Positions 30,989 through 31,754 of a stretch of 31,754 bases of DNA are shown piece after piece. Source of the stretch: Octopus sinensis (taxonomy: Eukaryota); assembly GCF_006345805.1 (NCBI RefSeq), contig NW_021833364.1, positions 1-31,754 of the forward strand, in the 5' to 3' direction. Under the pieces are notes generated by a model that had not been told where the DNA came from, ran no database searches, and worked only from the letters and a program-made list of their open reading frames with translations. Numbering within the stretch: the stretch's first letter is position 1; each line of letters begins with the position of its first letter. Made by a program: the position numbers and the translations under genes.

Positions 30989-31307
30989 GACTCCGCCGGT
31001 TACGACGACGAGGGTCCCAGCTGATACGATCAACGGAACAGCTTGCTCGTGAAATTAACGTGCAAATGGCTGAGCATTCCACAGACACGTGTACCCTTAA
31101 CGTAGTTCTCGGGGATAATCAGCGTGACACAGAGAGTGACAAGGCTGACCCTTTGAAATACAAGTACAACTCATTTTTGCCAGCTGAGTGGACTGGAGCA
31201 ACGTGAAATAAAGTGTCTTGCTCAAGGACACAACGCGTCGCCGGGAATCGAACTCACAACCTTACGATCATGAGCCGAATGCCCTAACCACTAAGCCACG
31301 CGCCCTC
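30989..31307 (-). mobile_element. SINE S3 (full length), probable 11-bp TSD
   Basis: Head gagggcgcgtggcttagtggttagggcattcggc..gagttcgattccc; central gtgtccttgagcaagacact..gtccactcagctggcaaaaatgag. cacatacattt at 30972-30982 and 31309-31319. Confidence 0.9.
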
Positions 31308-31364
31308 ACACATACATTTACATATATACATATGTGCAATCTATATATGATTATACAAACATTC

Positions 31365-31672
31365 GCGGAGGCACAATGGCCCAGTGGTTAGGGCAGCGGA
31401 CTCGCTGTCGGAGGATCGCGGTTTCGATTCCCAGACCGGGCGTTGTGTGTGTTTATTGAGCAAAAACACCTAAAAGCTCCACGGGGCCCCGACAGAGGGT
31501 GGTGGCGACCCCTGTTGTACTCTTTCGTCACATCTATCTCTCACTCTCTCTTCCTGTTTCTTGAGTAACGCTGCGATGGACTGACATCCCGTCCAGCTGG
31601 GGGAGAACACATACGTCACAGAAATCGGGAAACCGGGCCCATGAGCCCGGCTAGGCTTGAAAAGGGCGACGT
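31365..31672 (+). mobile_element. SINE S4 (full length) with 14-bp TSD and a V-domain-like motif
   Basis: tRNA-like head ggcccagtggttagggcagcggactcg..ggtttcgattccc; ctgcgatggactgacatcccgtccag at 31571-31596; TSD ttatacaaacattc at 31351-31364 and 31673-31686. Confidence 0.92.
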
Positions 31673-31754
31673 TTATACAAACATTCAATACTTAATGCCA
31701 GAAAACAGCTGGACTGACTTCCATTGAATATTGCGCTGTTATCGAAAGATTCAA

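Noticed and set aside
31365-31445. tRNA genes at SINE heads (also 15749, 19620-19684, 29950-30024, 31235-31307)
   Set aside because: No complete acceptor stem; each continues into a SINE body, and TSDs enclose the whole element where visible.

Overview
AT-rich animal DNA dominated by repeats, most likely octopus/cephalopod (inferred from the style of the tRNA-derived SINEs and the microsatellite load; not verified). I recognise no host protein-coding gene, rRNA, true tRNA or CRISPR array, and most ORFs in the supplied track are translated microsatellites. What the sequence does support: (i) several R4/Dong-type non-LTR retrotransposon fragments (zinc knuckle plus restriction-like endonuclease), nested in (TAA)n at 1-3.8 kb and in (CATA)n at 6.5-7.2 kb and 24.7-25.8 kb; (ii) a young L1/Tx1-type LINE at 9.0-11.4 kb with an apparent in-frame ORF1/ORF2 internal deletion, plus three extra 3'-end copies, all bounded by (ATCT)n; (iii) four tRNA-derived SINE families, here called S1-S4, including dimers and a chimera; (iv) a Tc1/mariner fossil, a piggyBac-type MITE and a probable hAT MITE; (v) three hammerhead-ribozyme-like cores of the minimal Penelope type; (vi) two local inverted duplications and a tandem array made of a LINE 3'UTR. 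The best system-level lead is apparent partitioning of microsatellite targets among LINE lineages (TAA, CATA and ATCT). Coordinates were read by eye and family names rest on motif recall, not database searches.
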